In this document: positions 23,577 through 33,130 of the stretch, one piece after another
Layout of the letters: the number at the start of each line of letters is the position of its first letter
Position numbering within the stretch: position 1 is the first letter of the stretch
Assembly (NCBI GenBank): GCA_964406055.1
Contig: CAYOQF010000011.1
Span: 7,416 to 71,415 of the forward strand
Source of the DNA: an uncultured Syntrophorhabdaceae bacterium
GTDB taxonomy: Bacteria; Desulfobacterota; Syntrophorhabdia; Syntrophorhabdales; Syntrophorhabdaceae
Reading direction: 5' to 3'
DNA length: 64,000 nucleotides
Program-made: the position numbers and the translations under genes
Notes under the pieces: model-generated
The model's database searches: none
What the model was told of the DNA's origin: nothing
What the model saw: only the letters and a program-made list of their open reading frames with translations

Positions 23577-25229
23577 GTGCTGCGGACAAGTCCATGCCCC
23601 GGACGACACCGGGGACTGAGGATCGATGCCTTGGCGAGAAGAGTCGGACAGCTTTGCACCATTGTTTTGTCATCCCTCCTCTTGCTGCCTGTGCTCGCCA
23701 TCTATACGGCCGGCGTCAGGGCGGCTGATTACGGCTATTTCCTCCATTTCATGGCCACGGCGGCAGCAGGGTACGCGGGCACCACCCTCGTGCTCACCTT
23801 GGGTGTCACCCTCGGCAGCCTTCTTTTGGGCGGCTATACAGCGTGGCTCACGTCCCACTACGAATTCAGGGGCCGGGCGTTCCTCCAGTGGGCGCTCATC
23901 CTGCCCCTCGCCTTCCCGAGCGACGTCCTCGCCCTCGTGTACCGCGAGCTTACGGGCTACTACGGCCCGTTGTGGCAGTTCGTGAAGGCGGTTTCCGGAG
24001 CCTCGATCCCCCTGAGGTACTGGTTCGTGGAGATGGAGTCCTGGGGGGGACTCCTCTTTGTCCTCTCCTTAAGCTTCTATCCCTTCGTCTATATCATTCT
24101 TCACACGGCTTGGAGGGCCCAGCCCCGGGCCTACGGGGAGATCGGGAAGAGTGTGGGCCTCACACCCTTTCAGGTGTTCCGGAGGATCACCTTCCCCCTG
24201 TCAACACCCGCCATCCTGGTGGCCGCCCTCGTGGCCGGATTCTTGGCCCTGAACGATTACGTCACCTCAATTCTCTTCGGGAAGAGAGGTATCGCCGTGG
24301 CCGTTCACAACCTGTGGCACGCCTTCGATCAACCCGTGGCGGCCGCCCAGGTGGTGGCCTTCCTTATCACCCTCATATTCTGCCTCCTCCTCGGGGCCGG
24401 TTGGTACGTGGTGCGAAGAAGATACTATGATCCCATCACGCCGAAGGGGGCGAGGCCCCGGGTCCCGGTACGAGGGATAACGGGGTCGGTAACCTTTGTT
24501 GCCTCCAGTATCCCCATGGTGCTCGGTTTCCTCCTCCCTCTCGGGATTCTTTTTGCCTGGGCCCTTCCAAGGGTTGGCCGCCTCAATCTCAGTCACCTTC
24601 TCCTGTACACGCAGAACAGCCTTTGGGTGTCCATCCTGACCACCCTCGCATGCACACTGCTCGCCCTCTTCTATGTGCTGAGGGATATGCACCGAACCCC
24701 TTCCGATGGTCACCGCCTTCTCCTCCTCCTTCTCAACGCGGGGTACTTCATCCCCGCCATCGCCCTGTCCGTGGGTATATTGCTCATCCTGTCCCGGGCC
24801 AGGGACTCACTTCTGTCTCACCTCCTCTCCGGTTCCGTCGCCGCCCTCGTCTATGCCATGTGTGTTCGCTATTTCTGTCTTGCCTTTCTCAGTATCTCCA
24901 TCGGGAGAAAGAAGATGCCGCCACGGATCGACGACCTCCTCCGGTACGTCCATCGCGGGTTTCTCTTCAGTGCAACAAAGGTCTATCTTCCCCTTTTGAA
25001 AGACTGGGTCCTCGTGGGCGGCCTCATCACCTTTGTGAGCGCCCTGAAGGAGATCAATCTCTCCCTGGCCCTGGCCCCCGTCAACTACGTGAGCCTCTCG
25101 ACCCGCATCTATTTCTTCACCACCCACGAGGCGGTACGGGCAAGTGCGGTCTGGTGTCTCGCCATTGTGCTTGCGGCCCTCATGCCCGTGGTCTTCGTTT
25201 CGCGCAGGCTGGCGAACATGGAACGTTAG
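23577..25229 (+). CDS. ABC transporter permease, duplicated (two-domain) Fe(3+)/thiamine-type
   Basis: About 550 aa with 12 hydrophobic segments and two EAA-like loops. The start (GTG 23577) is uncertain. Confidence 0.75.
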   Translation: MLRTSPCPGRHRGLRIDALARRVGQLCTIVLSSLLLLPVLAIYTAGVRAADYGYFLHFMATAAAGYAGTTLVLTLGVTLGSLLLGGYTAWLTSHYEFRGRAFLQWALILPLAFPSDVLALVYRELTGYYGPLWQFVKAVSGASIPLRYWFVEMESWGGLLFVLSLSFYPFVYIILHTAWRAQPRAYGEIGKSVGLTPFQVFRRITFPLSTPAILVAALVAGFLALNDYVTSILFGKRGIAVAVHNLWHAFDQPVAAAQVVAFLITLIFCLLLGAGWYVVRRRYYDPITPKGARPRVPVRGITGSVTFVASSIPMVLGFLLPLGILFAWALPRVGRLNLSHLLLYTQNSLWVSILTTLACTLLALFYVLRDMHRTPSDGHRLLLLLLNAGYFIPAIALSVGILLILSRARDSLLSHLLSGSVAALVYAMCVRYFCLAFLSISIGRKKMPPRIDDLLRYVHRGFLFSATKVYLPLLKDWVLVGGLITFVSALKEINLSLALAPVNYVSLSTRIYFFTTHEAVRASAVWCLAIVLAALMPVVFVSRRLANMER

Positions 25230-25245
25230 GACCGGGGATTTCAGG

Positions 25246-26262
25246 ATGCTTCGGGTCGTAGGGCTGACCAAAACAGTGCCGGGGAAGACAATCCTCCAGA
25301 AACTCGATTTCACCGCGGAGAGGGGATCGATTGTGGGGCTTCTCGGTCCCAGCGGAAGCGGCAAGACCACCTTCCTGCGCACCCTCATGGGCTTCGAAGA
25401 GGTCGGTGCGGGGACCATCTCGTACAACGGCCGGATATTGACCGACGGCCGGACCATCCTGGTGCCGCCCCACAGGCGCAACTTCGGCCTCGTCTTCCAG
25501 GAATTCGTCCTTCTCCCCCATCTGAATGTGGCGGAGAACATCGCACTGGCGGTCCGCAACTCATCCAAGGCGGCCATACAAGAGACGGTGAACCGGTTTC
25601 TCGCCATGTTTCATATGGAGGACAGGGCCCATTCCCGGGTGACCACCCTGTCGGGCGGCGAACAGCAGCGGGTCGCGCTGGCCCGCACCCTCGCCGCGGG
25701 ACCGGATGTGGTGCTGCTCGATGAACCCTTCAGCAATCTGGACAAAATGTTCCGCCTTCAGCTCTACGATGAAATGAAGACTATCTTAAGGGAACGGGCT
25801 ACCACCACGATCCTGGTGACCCACGACCACCTGGAGGCGTTCTATTTCAGCGATCGGGTCTGTGTCATCAGGGAGGGGTGCATCATCCAGGAGGGCTCGC
25901 CGGAGGAGGTATACGAAAAACCCAGGAACAGTTGGATCGCCTCCTTCGTGGGCGATGTGAACCATCTTTCCCCCGATACCCTTCGCTCCGACTTAGGCGT
26001 CGCATTGGACCCCGATCCCGGCACCGCAGTATACCTCATACGGCCCGAGCGGCTCTCTTTCGAGGCCGCGACAAAGGGAGAAGGGGGAAACGGCAGGATC
26101 GTCCAGCGCAACTACATGGGCGGCTTCGAGATGTTGGCCGTCAGGCTCGACTCCGGCGCCCTTATCAAGCTCAAGGATTTCGAGAAGAGAGGGCTTCCCG
26201 TGGGTTCCCTCGTCCGGGTGCGCTGCGCATCGGTGGACAACCTGATCAGATGCAGGGAGTGA
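25246..26262 (+). CDS. ABC transporter ATP-binding protein (FbpC/PotA-like)
   Basis: Walker A GPSGSGKTT, signature LSGGEQQRV, Walker B VVLLDEP, and a C-terminal regulatory domain. Confidence 0.9.
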   Translation: MLRVVGLTKTVPGKTILQKLDFTAERGSIVGLLGPSGSGKTTFLRTLMGFEEVGAGTISYNGRILTDGRTILVPPHRRNFGLVFQEFVLLPHLNVAENIALAVRNSSKAAIQETVNRFLAMFHMEDRAHSRVTTLSGGEQQRVALARTLAAGPDVVLLDEPFSNLDKMFRLQLYDEMKTILRERATTTILVTHDHLEAFYFSDRVCVIREGCIIQEGSPEEVYEKPRNSWIASFVGDVNHLSPDTLRSDLGVALDPDPGTAVYLIRPERLSFEAATKGEGGNGRIVQRNYMGGFEMLAVRLDSGALIKLKDFEKRGLPVGSLVRVRCASVDNLIRCRE

Positions 26263-26362
26263 CCCCCATCCTCGATTGCCTGATCGGCTCGTTTGCCCAA
26301 TTGACACTGATAAAGGACAAATGGTAATAAATGTAGACAATAAACCTCTCGAGGTGCGATCT

Positions 26363-27406
26363 ATGGAGCGATGCGGGCTGTTAAGTCTCTTCATGGTTTT
26401 GTTCGTCGCGGTGTCGGTGTGTGCGGCTCAAGGCAAGTCCCCCGTGGTCAACGTGATCACCGACCGGACACCGGGCTACCTGGAACCGGTGGTCCGGCTC
26501 TACGAATCGAAAAACAAGGTGAAGGTCAACATCACGTACGTGGACGAGGGCCTGATCGCGAGACTCAAGACAAAACCGGACGAGGCGGACGTGCTCATCA
26601 CCAAGACGGCCGAGAACCTGGAGATCGCGAAGAGAGAGAAGCTCCTTTCGCCTTTCCAGTCGCAGGAAATCGCAAAGAACATCCCGGCCCCCTATCGCGA
26701 CAAGGAGAACTACTATACCCAGCTCACCTACCGGGCACGGGCGATCTTTTACTCAAAGGAACGGGTCAGGCCCGAACAGCTTTCCTCCTACGAAGACCTG
26801 ACGGACAAGAAGTGGCGGGGCAAGGTGTGCATCCGCTCGGGCTATCACGAATACAACCTGAACCTCTTCGGGCAGATGCTGGCCGCCAAGGGCTACGACT
26901 GGACCAGGAAGTACCTCCTGGCTCTCAAGGAAAACCTTGCCCGTAAACCCGTGGGGAACGACCGCGGCCAGGCGCAGGCGATCTACCAGGGCAAATGTGA
27001 CGTGGCCTTCATCAACTCCTACTATATGGGCATCATGAGCGAAAAAGAGGATCAGAAGGCGTGGGCTGACGCCTGTGCCGTCTTCTTCCCGGATCAGGAT
27101 CAGGGAGGAAGCTACATCCTCACCTGCGGTGCGGCGCTCACGACCGCCAGGGCCAACAGGAAGGAGGCAACCCGGTTCCTGGAGTTCCTCACCTCCGTAC
27201 CGGTACAGAACCATTTCGCCAAAAGCACGTACGAGTATCCCTTCAACAAGGCGGCGGCAACCCCTGAGTCGTTGAAAAACTTAGGGAAGGGCCAGCCCAA
27301 GGTGAAGGACGGCATCTTCGCGATCAAAGAGGTGCCTCTCTCCAAAATCGCGGAGAACAGGGAGGCTGTGGTCAGGCTCCTCGATGAGATCGGGTTCGAC
27401 AAGTGA
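26363..27406 (+). CDS. periplasmic Fe(3+)-type ABC substrate-binding protein
   Basis: Signal peptide MERCGLLSLFMVLFVAVSVCAAQG. Family-1 solute-binding pattern. Confidence 0.75.
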   Translation: MERCGLLSLFMVLFVAVSVCAAQGKSPVVNVITDRTPGYLEPVVRLYESKNKVKVNITYVDEGLIARLKTKPDEADVLITKTAENLEIAKREKLLSPFQSQEIAKNIPAPYRDKENYYTQLTYRARAIFYSKERVRPEQLSSYEDLTDKKWRGKVCIRSGYHEYNLNLFGQMLAAKGYDWTRKYLLALKENLARKPVGNDRGQAQAIYQGKCDVAFINSYYMGIMSEKEDQKAWADACAVFFPDQDQGGSYILTCGAALTTARANRKEATRFLEFLTSVPVQNHFAKSTYEYPFNKAAATPESLKNLGKGQPKVKDGIFAIKEVPLSKIAENREAVVRLLDEIGFDK

Positions 27407-27514
27407 CGACCGCCCTCAGGGGGTGCCGGCGGACCTGGTGTGTACCGGGCGCCGCACGCACCTCCCGCAGCCTGCAGGCCCGCCACCCACCCTGTCGATA
27501 GGCTGTCGGATGAT

Positions 27515-27958
27515 TCAGATCTTGAGTTCGAGGTTGACCATGTCTCCCCTGGTGAAGCCTATCTTGTCGAAAAACCTGAGGAGGTCCCAGTCCCGCCAGT
27601 TCACGAAGACATAGACCGTTTCGATCCCCACCTTTTTGAACATGGAGAGCATTTCCTGAATGAGAAGGCGGGCAATCCCCTTCTTCTGATACCCCTTTAT
27701 GACCCCGAGGGTATCGATCCAGGCAACGCTTTCCGGGATTCCATATTCCCACCCGCTCGCCGATCCGAGGATAAACCCGATGACCTTTCCGTTCGCCTCC
27801 GCTGCCAGGGAGGGGACTCCCGAAGTTTCGGATTTTTCCAGCCTTGCCTCCCAGTATGCCCTCCTTCGTGTTCCCAGAAGGCCGAAATCGATCTCCGTCA
27901 CCGCATCCAAGTCCTTCATGGTCAGCACCCGCAGCTTGACCGGTTCCATCAGATCCAT
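27515..27958 (-). CDS. GNAT-family N-acetyltransferase
   Basis: Acetyl-CoA-binding motif GVIKGYQKKGIARLL. Confidence 0.85.
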   Translation of the reverse strand: MDLMEPVKLRVLTMKDLDAVTEIDFGLLGTRRRAYWEARLEKSETSGVPSLAAEANGKVIGFILGSASGWEYGIPESVAWIDTLGVIKGYQKKGIARLLIQEMLSMFKKVGIETVYVFVNWRDWDLLRFFDKIGFTRGDMVNLELKI

Positions 27959-27999
27959 ACGGAATACCCCCGTCTACGCCAATAGCTTTCTAATCCGCA

Positions 28000-28027
28000 A
28001 GTATAGCAGCGGAAACCGTCTTGTCAA
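28000..28027 (-). promoter_or_regulatory. consensus promoter of the GNAT gene
   Basis: On the minus strand: TTGACA (28027-28022), 16 nt, TGC-TATACT (28005-28000). Confidence 0.55.
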
Positions 28028-28090
28028 GAATCGGGGGGCAATCTCGCCGTGTGGTTTTGTATACGAAACAGGGGAAGGGGTCGTCTACTC

Positions 28091-29023
28091 CTACCTGTCT
28101 TCTTTTTCCGCGAGGGCCTTCGCAAAGAGCGCCGCACCGATGGCACCGGCAATCTGGGTGTCGAAGGGGAACCCCTTGTCGGCATAGGCCTTGTTATGCC
28201 ACCGGGTCTGGCAGGCCTCGAGCCCCAGTTCCTCGGCAATTCTGTTCACCACACCCTTGTTCTTGGCGATGCCCCCTGTAATGGCAAAGTCCTTCTCCAC
28301 ATTCACCTTTTCGAGGAGGGAGACCACACGGTGTGCCATGGCCGAAGAGTAGGCGGCCAGCACCTTTTCTTTCGCCCACCCCGCCCGAAGCAGGGATGTT
28401 GCCTCGGACCTGGCAAAGACCACACAGACGGAACTGACCGGGGGCGGTTCCCTTTCCACCCTGAAGGACAGGTCTCCCATTTCCTCGATCGGCACACCGA
28501 GAAGGTCCGCAAAGACCTCCATACTCCGGCCTGTGCCGGCCGCACATTTGTCGTTCATCAGGAAGGCGCGCACCTTTCCCTTCTCGTCGATCTTGATGAC
28601 CTTGCAGTCCTGGCCACCCATATCGAGGACGGTTCTTACCGAGGGGCCGTACATCCAGTTCGCACCCCGGCCGTGGCATGCAATCTCGGTGATCGCCCTA
28701 TTGCCGAAAGGAACATTGATCCTACCGTATCCTGTGCCTACGGTAAAACGGATATCCTTCAGGGTCAGACCGGTTCCCTCCGTCGCCCTGCTGAAGACGT
28801 CGACCGCGCTCTGGGGACTGTTCGGTCCGGTCCTCATGTTGCCGTAGCAGTAGAGTTCACCGTCCACCATGATCACACCCTGGGTGCTCACGGAGCCCAC
28901 ATCGATCCCGCAGGTGATATACTCGCCCCTTCTCCAGTCGATCTCGGGGTTCGTCCACCTCGATTCCGGCCATCTCCAGAACTCTCCCTTCTCTTCCGCC
29001 ATGATGACCCCTCCGCCCGTCAT
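28091..29023 (-). CDS. BcrAD/BadFG-family ATPase, BcrA/BzdQ-like subunit
   Basis: N-terminal extension followed by GIDVGSVSTQG (phosphate-1) and cluster Cys in NDKCAAGTGR. ATGA overlap with the upstream subunit gene. Confidence 0.75.
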   Translation of the reverse strand: MTGGGVIMAEEKGEFWRWPESRWTNPEIDWRRGEYITCGIDVGSVSTQGVIMVDGELYCYGNMRTGPNSPQSAVDVFSRATEGTGLTLKDIRFTVGTGYGRINVPFGNRAITEIACHGRGANWMYGPSVRTVLDMGGQDCKVIKIDEKGKVRAFLMNDKCAAGTGRSMEVFADLLGVPIEEMGDLSFRVEREPPPVSSVCVVFARSEATSLLRAGWAKEKVLAAYSSAMAHRVVSLLEKVNVEKDFAITGGIAKNKGVVNRIAEELGLEACQTRWHNKAYADKGFPFDTQIAGAIGAALFAKALAEKEDR

Positions 29024-29784
29024 TCGGCCGCCGCCAAGGCTGCGCCGAGGGCCCCGACAAACTCAGGGTCCTCGGGAACCGCAATCTTCACCCTCATCTC
29101 TCTCTCGAGGGCATCGATGAAGCCCCTGTTCCGGGACACGCCGCCGATGGCGGCCACTTCAGGCTCCGGTCCGATCCTTCTCATCATGGATCCGACCCTC
29201 TCCGCGACCGCGCGAAGGACCGCTGCCGCGATATCCGCCGGTTCCGTCCGGGAATGGACCAGGTTGACCAGTTCCGATTCCGCGAATACCACGCACTGGG
29301 CGTTCATGGAGACTTCCCGTGCGGACCGGAAGTAGAGGTCTTCCAGACCCGCCACCTCTGTTTCGAGGGCCCTCGCCGCGATCTCCATAAAAATCCCCGC
29401 GCCGGAGGCACATTTCTCATTCACGACAAAGTCCGCCACCGTGCCACCTGCGCCCACCCGGACCGCACGGCCCTCCTCGGCACCCACATCGATGACCGTG
29501 CCGGTGAGGGGCAGCACGGAAGCGATCCCTCTGGCGTCTGCCTCCACTTCCGTGATCTCGCCGTGGGCAAAGGCCACTTCCTTTCTCCCTGTGCCGGTGG
29601 CGAAAATCCTTCCCACGTCCTTCCTCGTCAACCCCGCCGCCTCCAGGGCGCCGTCGAGGGCCCGATCCGCCGCCATGATCGAGTCGATCCCCGTGGGGTG
29701 TGTCGCTTTGCCCGCCACCTTCCCCTCTTTCACTATCACAGCCTTCGTACTCCCTGCTCCGCAGTCAACACCCGCCGTGACCAC
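29020..29784 (-). CDS. BcrAD/BadFG-family ATPase, BcrD/BzdP-like subunit
   Basis: GVDCGAGSTKAV and NEKCASGAGI. GTG start preceded by GGGAGG. Confidence 0.75.
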   Translation of the reverse strand: MVTAGVDCGAGSTKAVIVKEGKVAGKATHPTGIDSIMAADRALDGALEAAGLTRKDVGRIFATGTGRKEVAFAHGEITEVEADARGIASVLPLTGTVIDVGAEEGRAVRVGAGGTVADFVVNEKCASGAGIFMEIAARALETEVAGLEDLYFRSAREVSMNAQCVVFAESELVNLVHSRTEPADIAAAVLRAVAERVGSMMRRIGPEPEVAAIGGVSRNRGFIDALEREMRVKIAVPEDPEFVGALGAALAAAE

Positions 29785-29953
29785 CTGTGTCCTCCCTCTG
29801 GTGCGGACCCCTCAGGGCCCGCGCGTTTCCCCGAAGGCGCCGGTTACTGCCTTCCCTCTCCTCTAATTAACCATGATGTGCTGTCACGGTCAATCGGGCG
29901 ATTTCCCTCCCCCGGACCCTCGGGGTGGACCGGCTGGGTGGGCCAAATTACTG

Positions 29954-29981
29954 TTGAATTGAAGGCGAAAGCTGCTATAAT
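29954..29981 (+). promoter_or_regulatory. promoter of ruvX (leaderless arrangement)
   Basis: TTGAAT 29954-29959, 16 nt, TGC-TATAAT 29976-29981, then 8 nt to ATG 29990. Confidence 0.55.
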
Positions 29982-29989
29982 AGTCCCAC

Positions 29990-30406
29990 ATGCGCATCTT
30001 GTGCCTTGATGTGGGCGAGAAGAAGATCGGTCTCGCCCTTTCCGATTCTACCCGCAGCATCGCCCAGGGACTCAGGGTATACCGGAGGGGATCCCTTGTC
30101 GAGGACGTGGAGGAACTGAAAAGACTTGTCCGTGACAACGAAGTGGGGGAGGTCGTGGTCGGACTGCCGAAGGATATGAGCGGGAAGGTCGGTAAGAGGG
30201 CCCAAGCTACCCTGGAATTTGTGGCCGGAATAGAGCCCCACCTCGGGGTGCCGGTGGTATTGTGGGACGAGCGGTTCAGCACCAACGAGGCGCACCGGTT
30301 TTTCGACATGACCGAGGTGACCCACAAGAAACGGAAACCCCTTCTCGACATAGTGGCCTCACAGATCATACTTCAGGGATACCTGGATGCTCAGAAGTCG
30401 CGATAA
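29990..30406 (+). CDS. ruvX: Holliday junction resolvase-like / pre-16S rRNA nuclease RuvX (YqgF)
   Basis: MRILCLDVGEKKIGLALSD.., the typical YqgF N-terminus. 138 aa. Confidence 0.9.
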   Translation: MRILCLDVGEKKIGLALSDSTRSIAQGLRVYRRGSLVEDVEELKRLVRDNEVGEVVVGLPKDMSGKVGKRAQATLEFVAGIEPHLGVPVVLWDERFSTNEAHRFFDMTEVTHKKRKPLLDIVASQIILQGYLDAQKSR

Positions 30407-31394
30407 ACGAATCGTCGTCATTGCAATCCTCATCCTCCTTGTGACCCAGTCACTCATCTTCGCCAGCATTCCCAGGGGCGGCAGCCACGAGCAGGCAAAT
30501 TTTCTTGTGAGGAACGGCACCGGTCTCGTCACCATCGCCGAGAAGTTGAAGGACGAGGGTTTTATCAATTCGTCCTATCTCTTCCTCGCCTGCTCCCTCC
30601 TGTACAGGGGAAAACTGATAGCCGGCGAGTATGCCCTGAAGAGGGACATGTCGATCCTTGAGATCCTGGGGAAGATGGCCCGGGGGGAGAGGAACATCTA
30701 CGTCCTCCGTATCCTCGAGGGTCACAACCTCTTCAATGTTGCCGATACCATGGCCCGGGCACAGGTCATGGAGGCCGAAAGGTTTCTTGCCCTGGCGCGG
30801 GAAAAAACGATCCTGACCAACCTCGGCATCGAGGCGGACTCGCTGGAAGGGTACCTCGCCCCCGACACCTATTACTACAGCAAGGAAATCGAGATAGACA
30901 AGCTCCTCGAGAAAATTGCCCAGAGGACGTTGAAGATCTTTGCGGCTGAAGATATCCGGAAGAGGATGGCGGAACTGAGCCTTGACGTCCACAAGGTTCT
31001 CACCCTTGCCTCCATGATAGAAAAAGAGGCGAAGATGAAGGACGAAAAACCCCTCATCTCGGCGGTCTTTCACAACAGGCTCAAGAAGGGTATGCCCCTC
31101 GACTGCGACCCCACGGTGATCTACGGAACCCGGATGTTCGACAGCCCGATCCGGAAATCGGACCTCGTCACCTACACGCCCTACAACACGTATACCTTCC
31201 GGGGTCTCCCCAAGGGTCCCATCTGCAACCCTGACAAGGCTTCCATCGTGGCGGCCCTCTACCCTGCGCCGGTGGACCACCTTTTCTTTGTTTCCAGAAA
31301 TGACGGCACCCATGTATTCTCCCGGGACATGGGAGAACATAACCGTTCTGTTGCGCTGTATCAAAGAGCAAAGAGCAAAAAAAACCACAAGTGA
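30387..31394 (+). CDS. mltG: endolytic murein transglycosylase MltG (YceG)
   Basis: N-terminal TM, LEGYLAPDTY and VFHNRLKKGMPLDCDPTVIY motifs. Conserved ruvX-mltG pairing. Confidence 0.9.
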   Translation: MLRSRDKRIVVIAILILLVTQSLIFASIPRGGSHEQANFLVRNGTGLVTIAEKLKDEGFINSSYLFLACSLLYRGKLIAGEYALKRDMSILEILGKMARGERNIYVLRILEGHNLFNVADTMARAQVMEAERFLALAREKTILTNLGIEADSLEGYLAPDTYYYSKEIEIDKLLEKIAQRTLKIFAAEDIRKRMAELSLDVHKVLTLASMIEKEAKMKDEKPLISAVFHNRLKKGMPLDCDPTVIYGTRMFDSPIRKSDLVTYTPYNTYTFRGLPKGPICNPDKASIVAALYPAPVDHLFFVSRNDGTHVFSRDMGEHNRSVALYQRAKSKKNHK

Positions 31395-31405
31395 AGGAGG
31401 GATTT

Positions 31406-32587
31406 ATGGCAAAAGATGTAGCGGTAATCGGTGTTGGCCAGAGTTCTTTCGTGAGGGGCTACGAAGGCTCCATCAGGGAGTTGGCCTTCGAGGCCTTCAG
31501 GGAGGCCATGCAGGATGCGGGGATCACCCAGAAGGAGGTGGGCGCCTCAATCTTCTGCTCGGCCCCCGAGTACGACAAGCAGAGATCTCCGGCCGGTGTT
31601 CTGGCAGAGTATCTGGGCCTTATTCCTCAGCCCACCTTCTATATCGAGACCGTCTGTTCTTCCAGCAGCAGCGGCGTGAAGGTGGGGTACAGCATGATCA
31701 AGGCGGGGCTCCATGACGTCGTCGTCGTCCTCGGCTTCCAGAAGATGTCGGAAATCACCTCAGCCGAGTCGCAGGAGAGAATGGGAAGAGGCGCCGACAT
31801 CCAGTGGGAAGCCCCCTTCGGCACCATGATGCCCGCCTACTATGCCCTCTACGCCCAGGCCTACATGGCGAACAACGGTTTGACCCACGAGGACCTCATG
31901 AACGTGCGCCTCAAATCAGCGACCTACGGCCAGACCAACGACAGGGCGGTATACCGGAAGGGTGTCAAGGCAGAGGATTTCGACCCGAAAAACCCGGACG
32001 CGAGGATGGCGGGGGCCGTGGCATGGCCGCTTCGGGTGGGCGACGCCTGCGCCAACGCGGACGGCAGCTCCTGCATCATCCTGGCCAATGCGGAGAAGGC
32101 CAAGGCGTTCTCCAAGAAACCGGTCTGGATCATCGGCATCGGGGCCGCCTCCGAGGCGGTCAACATGGCGGCGCGGCCCGATTTCGCCAAGGGCTTGAGC
32201 GTCGGTTACAACGCGGCGGCAGAGGCCTACAAGATGGCAGGCATCACCGCCAAGGACGTGAAAGTGGCGGAAGTGCACGACTGCTTCACCATTGCCGAGA
32301 TCATGGCCTATGAAGGTCTCGGATTTGCCCCCATGGGCGAAGGCAAGCAGCTCATCAGGGAAAAGCAGACCTACAAAGAAGGGCGCATTCCGGTGAACGT
32401 TGACGGAGGTCTCCTCTCCAAGGGCCACCCCATCGGCGCAACCGGCGGGTCCCAGATCCGCACCATCGTTCTCCAGCTTCGCGGAGAGGCCGGCCCCATG
32501 CAGGTGCCCGGTGATCCCGACATCGGTCTTGTTCACAACGTAGGCGGCGTTGGCCTCTACGGCAACGTTACAATCTTTGGGAGGTGA
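31406..32587 (+). CDS. thiolase-domain protein (SCP-x/archaeal-type)
   Basis: Active-site VCSSSSSG, HDCFT and GHPIGATGG. AAGGAGG lies 7 nt upstream of ATG 31406. Confidence 0.8.
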   Translation: MAKDVAVIGVGQSSFVRGYEGSIRELAFEAFREAMQDAGITQKEVGASIFCSAPEYDKQRSPAGVLAEYLGLIPQPTFYIETVCSSSSSGVKVGYSMIKAGLHDVVVVLGFQKMSEITSAESQERMGRGADIQWEAPFGTMMPAYYALYAQAYMANNGLTHEDLMNVRLKSATYGQTNDRAVYRKGVKAEDFDPKNPDARMAGAVAWPLRVGDACANADGSSCIILANAEKAKAFSKKPVWIIGIGAASEAVNMAARPDFAKGLSVGYNAAAEAYKMAGITAKDVKVAEVHDCFTIAEIMAYEGLGFAPMGEGKQLIREKQTYKEGRIPVNVDGGLLSKGHPIGATGGSQIRTIVLQLRGEAGPMQVPGDPDIGLVHNVGGVGLYGNVTIFGR

Positions 32588-32590
32588 TTC

Positions 32591-33004
32591 ATGGGATTCG
32601 AGAAATTCGGAAGAAAAAGCTTTACCGGAATGACAAAAACAGCCAAGTTCGTAGACCTGCTGGGTGAAGGAAAGGTCGAGGGTACGGTGTGTAAGCAGTG
32701 CGGGGCCAAATACTTCCCGCCCCGGTCTGACTGTGCAGCCTGCCTGTCCAAGGACATGGAATGGTACGAGATGCCCAAGAAGGGCAAACTCGAGACCTTT
32801 ACCACCGCCTATTACGCCCCTTACGGCTTCGAAAAGGATTGCCCTTACACCATGGGCGTGGTCAGCTTCGGCGAGGGACCCAAGCTCTTCGCGCGAATGG
32901 CCAAGGATATCCCCGTCGAGCAGGTGAAGGTCGGCATGGAAGTGAGCGTCCGCCCCCTCACCTATGAAGACGGCCAGGTCTCCTTCGAGATCATCAAGGC
33001 GTAA
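32591..33004 (+). CDS. DUF35 zinc-ribbon/OB-fold protein (thiolase partner)
   Basis: CKQCGAKYFPPRSDCAAC zinc ribbon followed by an OB-fold-length C-terminus. Starts 3 nt after the thiolase stop. Confidence 0.8.
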   Translation: MGFEKFGRKSFTGMTKTAKFVDLLGEGKVEGTVCKQCGAKYFPPRSDCAACLSKDMEWYEMPKKGKLETFTTAYYAPYGFEKDCPYTMGVVSFGEGPKLFARMAKDIPVEQVKVGMEVSVRPLTYEDGQVSFEIIKA

Positions 33005-33036
33005 CGGAACGACTCACATTCAGGATCAGCTGTCAC

Positions 33037-33070
33037 AAGGGGCTGCCTTCGGGCAGCCCCTTTCCTTTCT
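33037..33070 (+). terminator. rho-independent terminator after the thiolase/DUF35 pair
   Basis: AAGGGGCTGCC-TTCG-GGCAGCCCCTT followed by TCCTTTCT. Confidence 0.65.
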
Positions 33071-33130
33071 CCTGCGGACCGGGGGGACGGGGGAACGGGC
33101 GGACAGGGGGAAAGCGGGGGTGGGGCGTGC

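Noticed and set aside
28091-29784. Calling these genes a benzoyl-CoA reductase
   Set aside because: Only the two ATPase-type subunits are present. Without B/C-type catalytic subunits the enzyme identity cannot be claimed.
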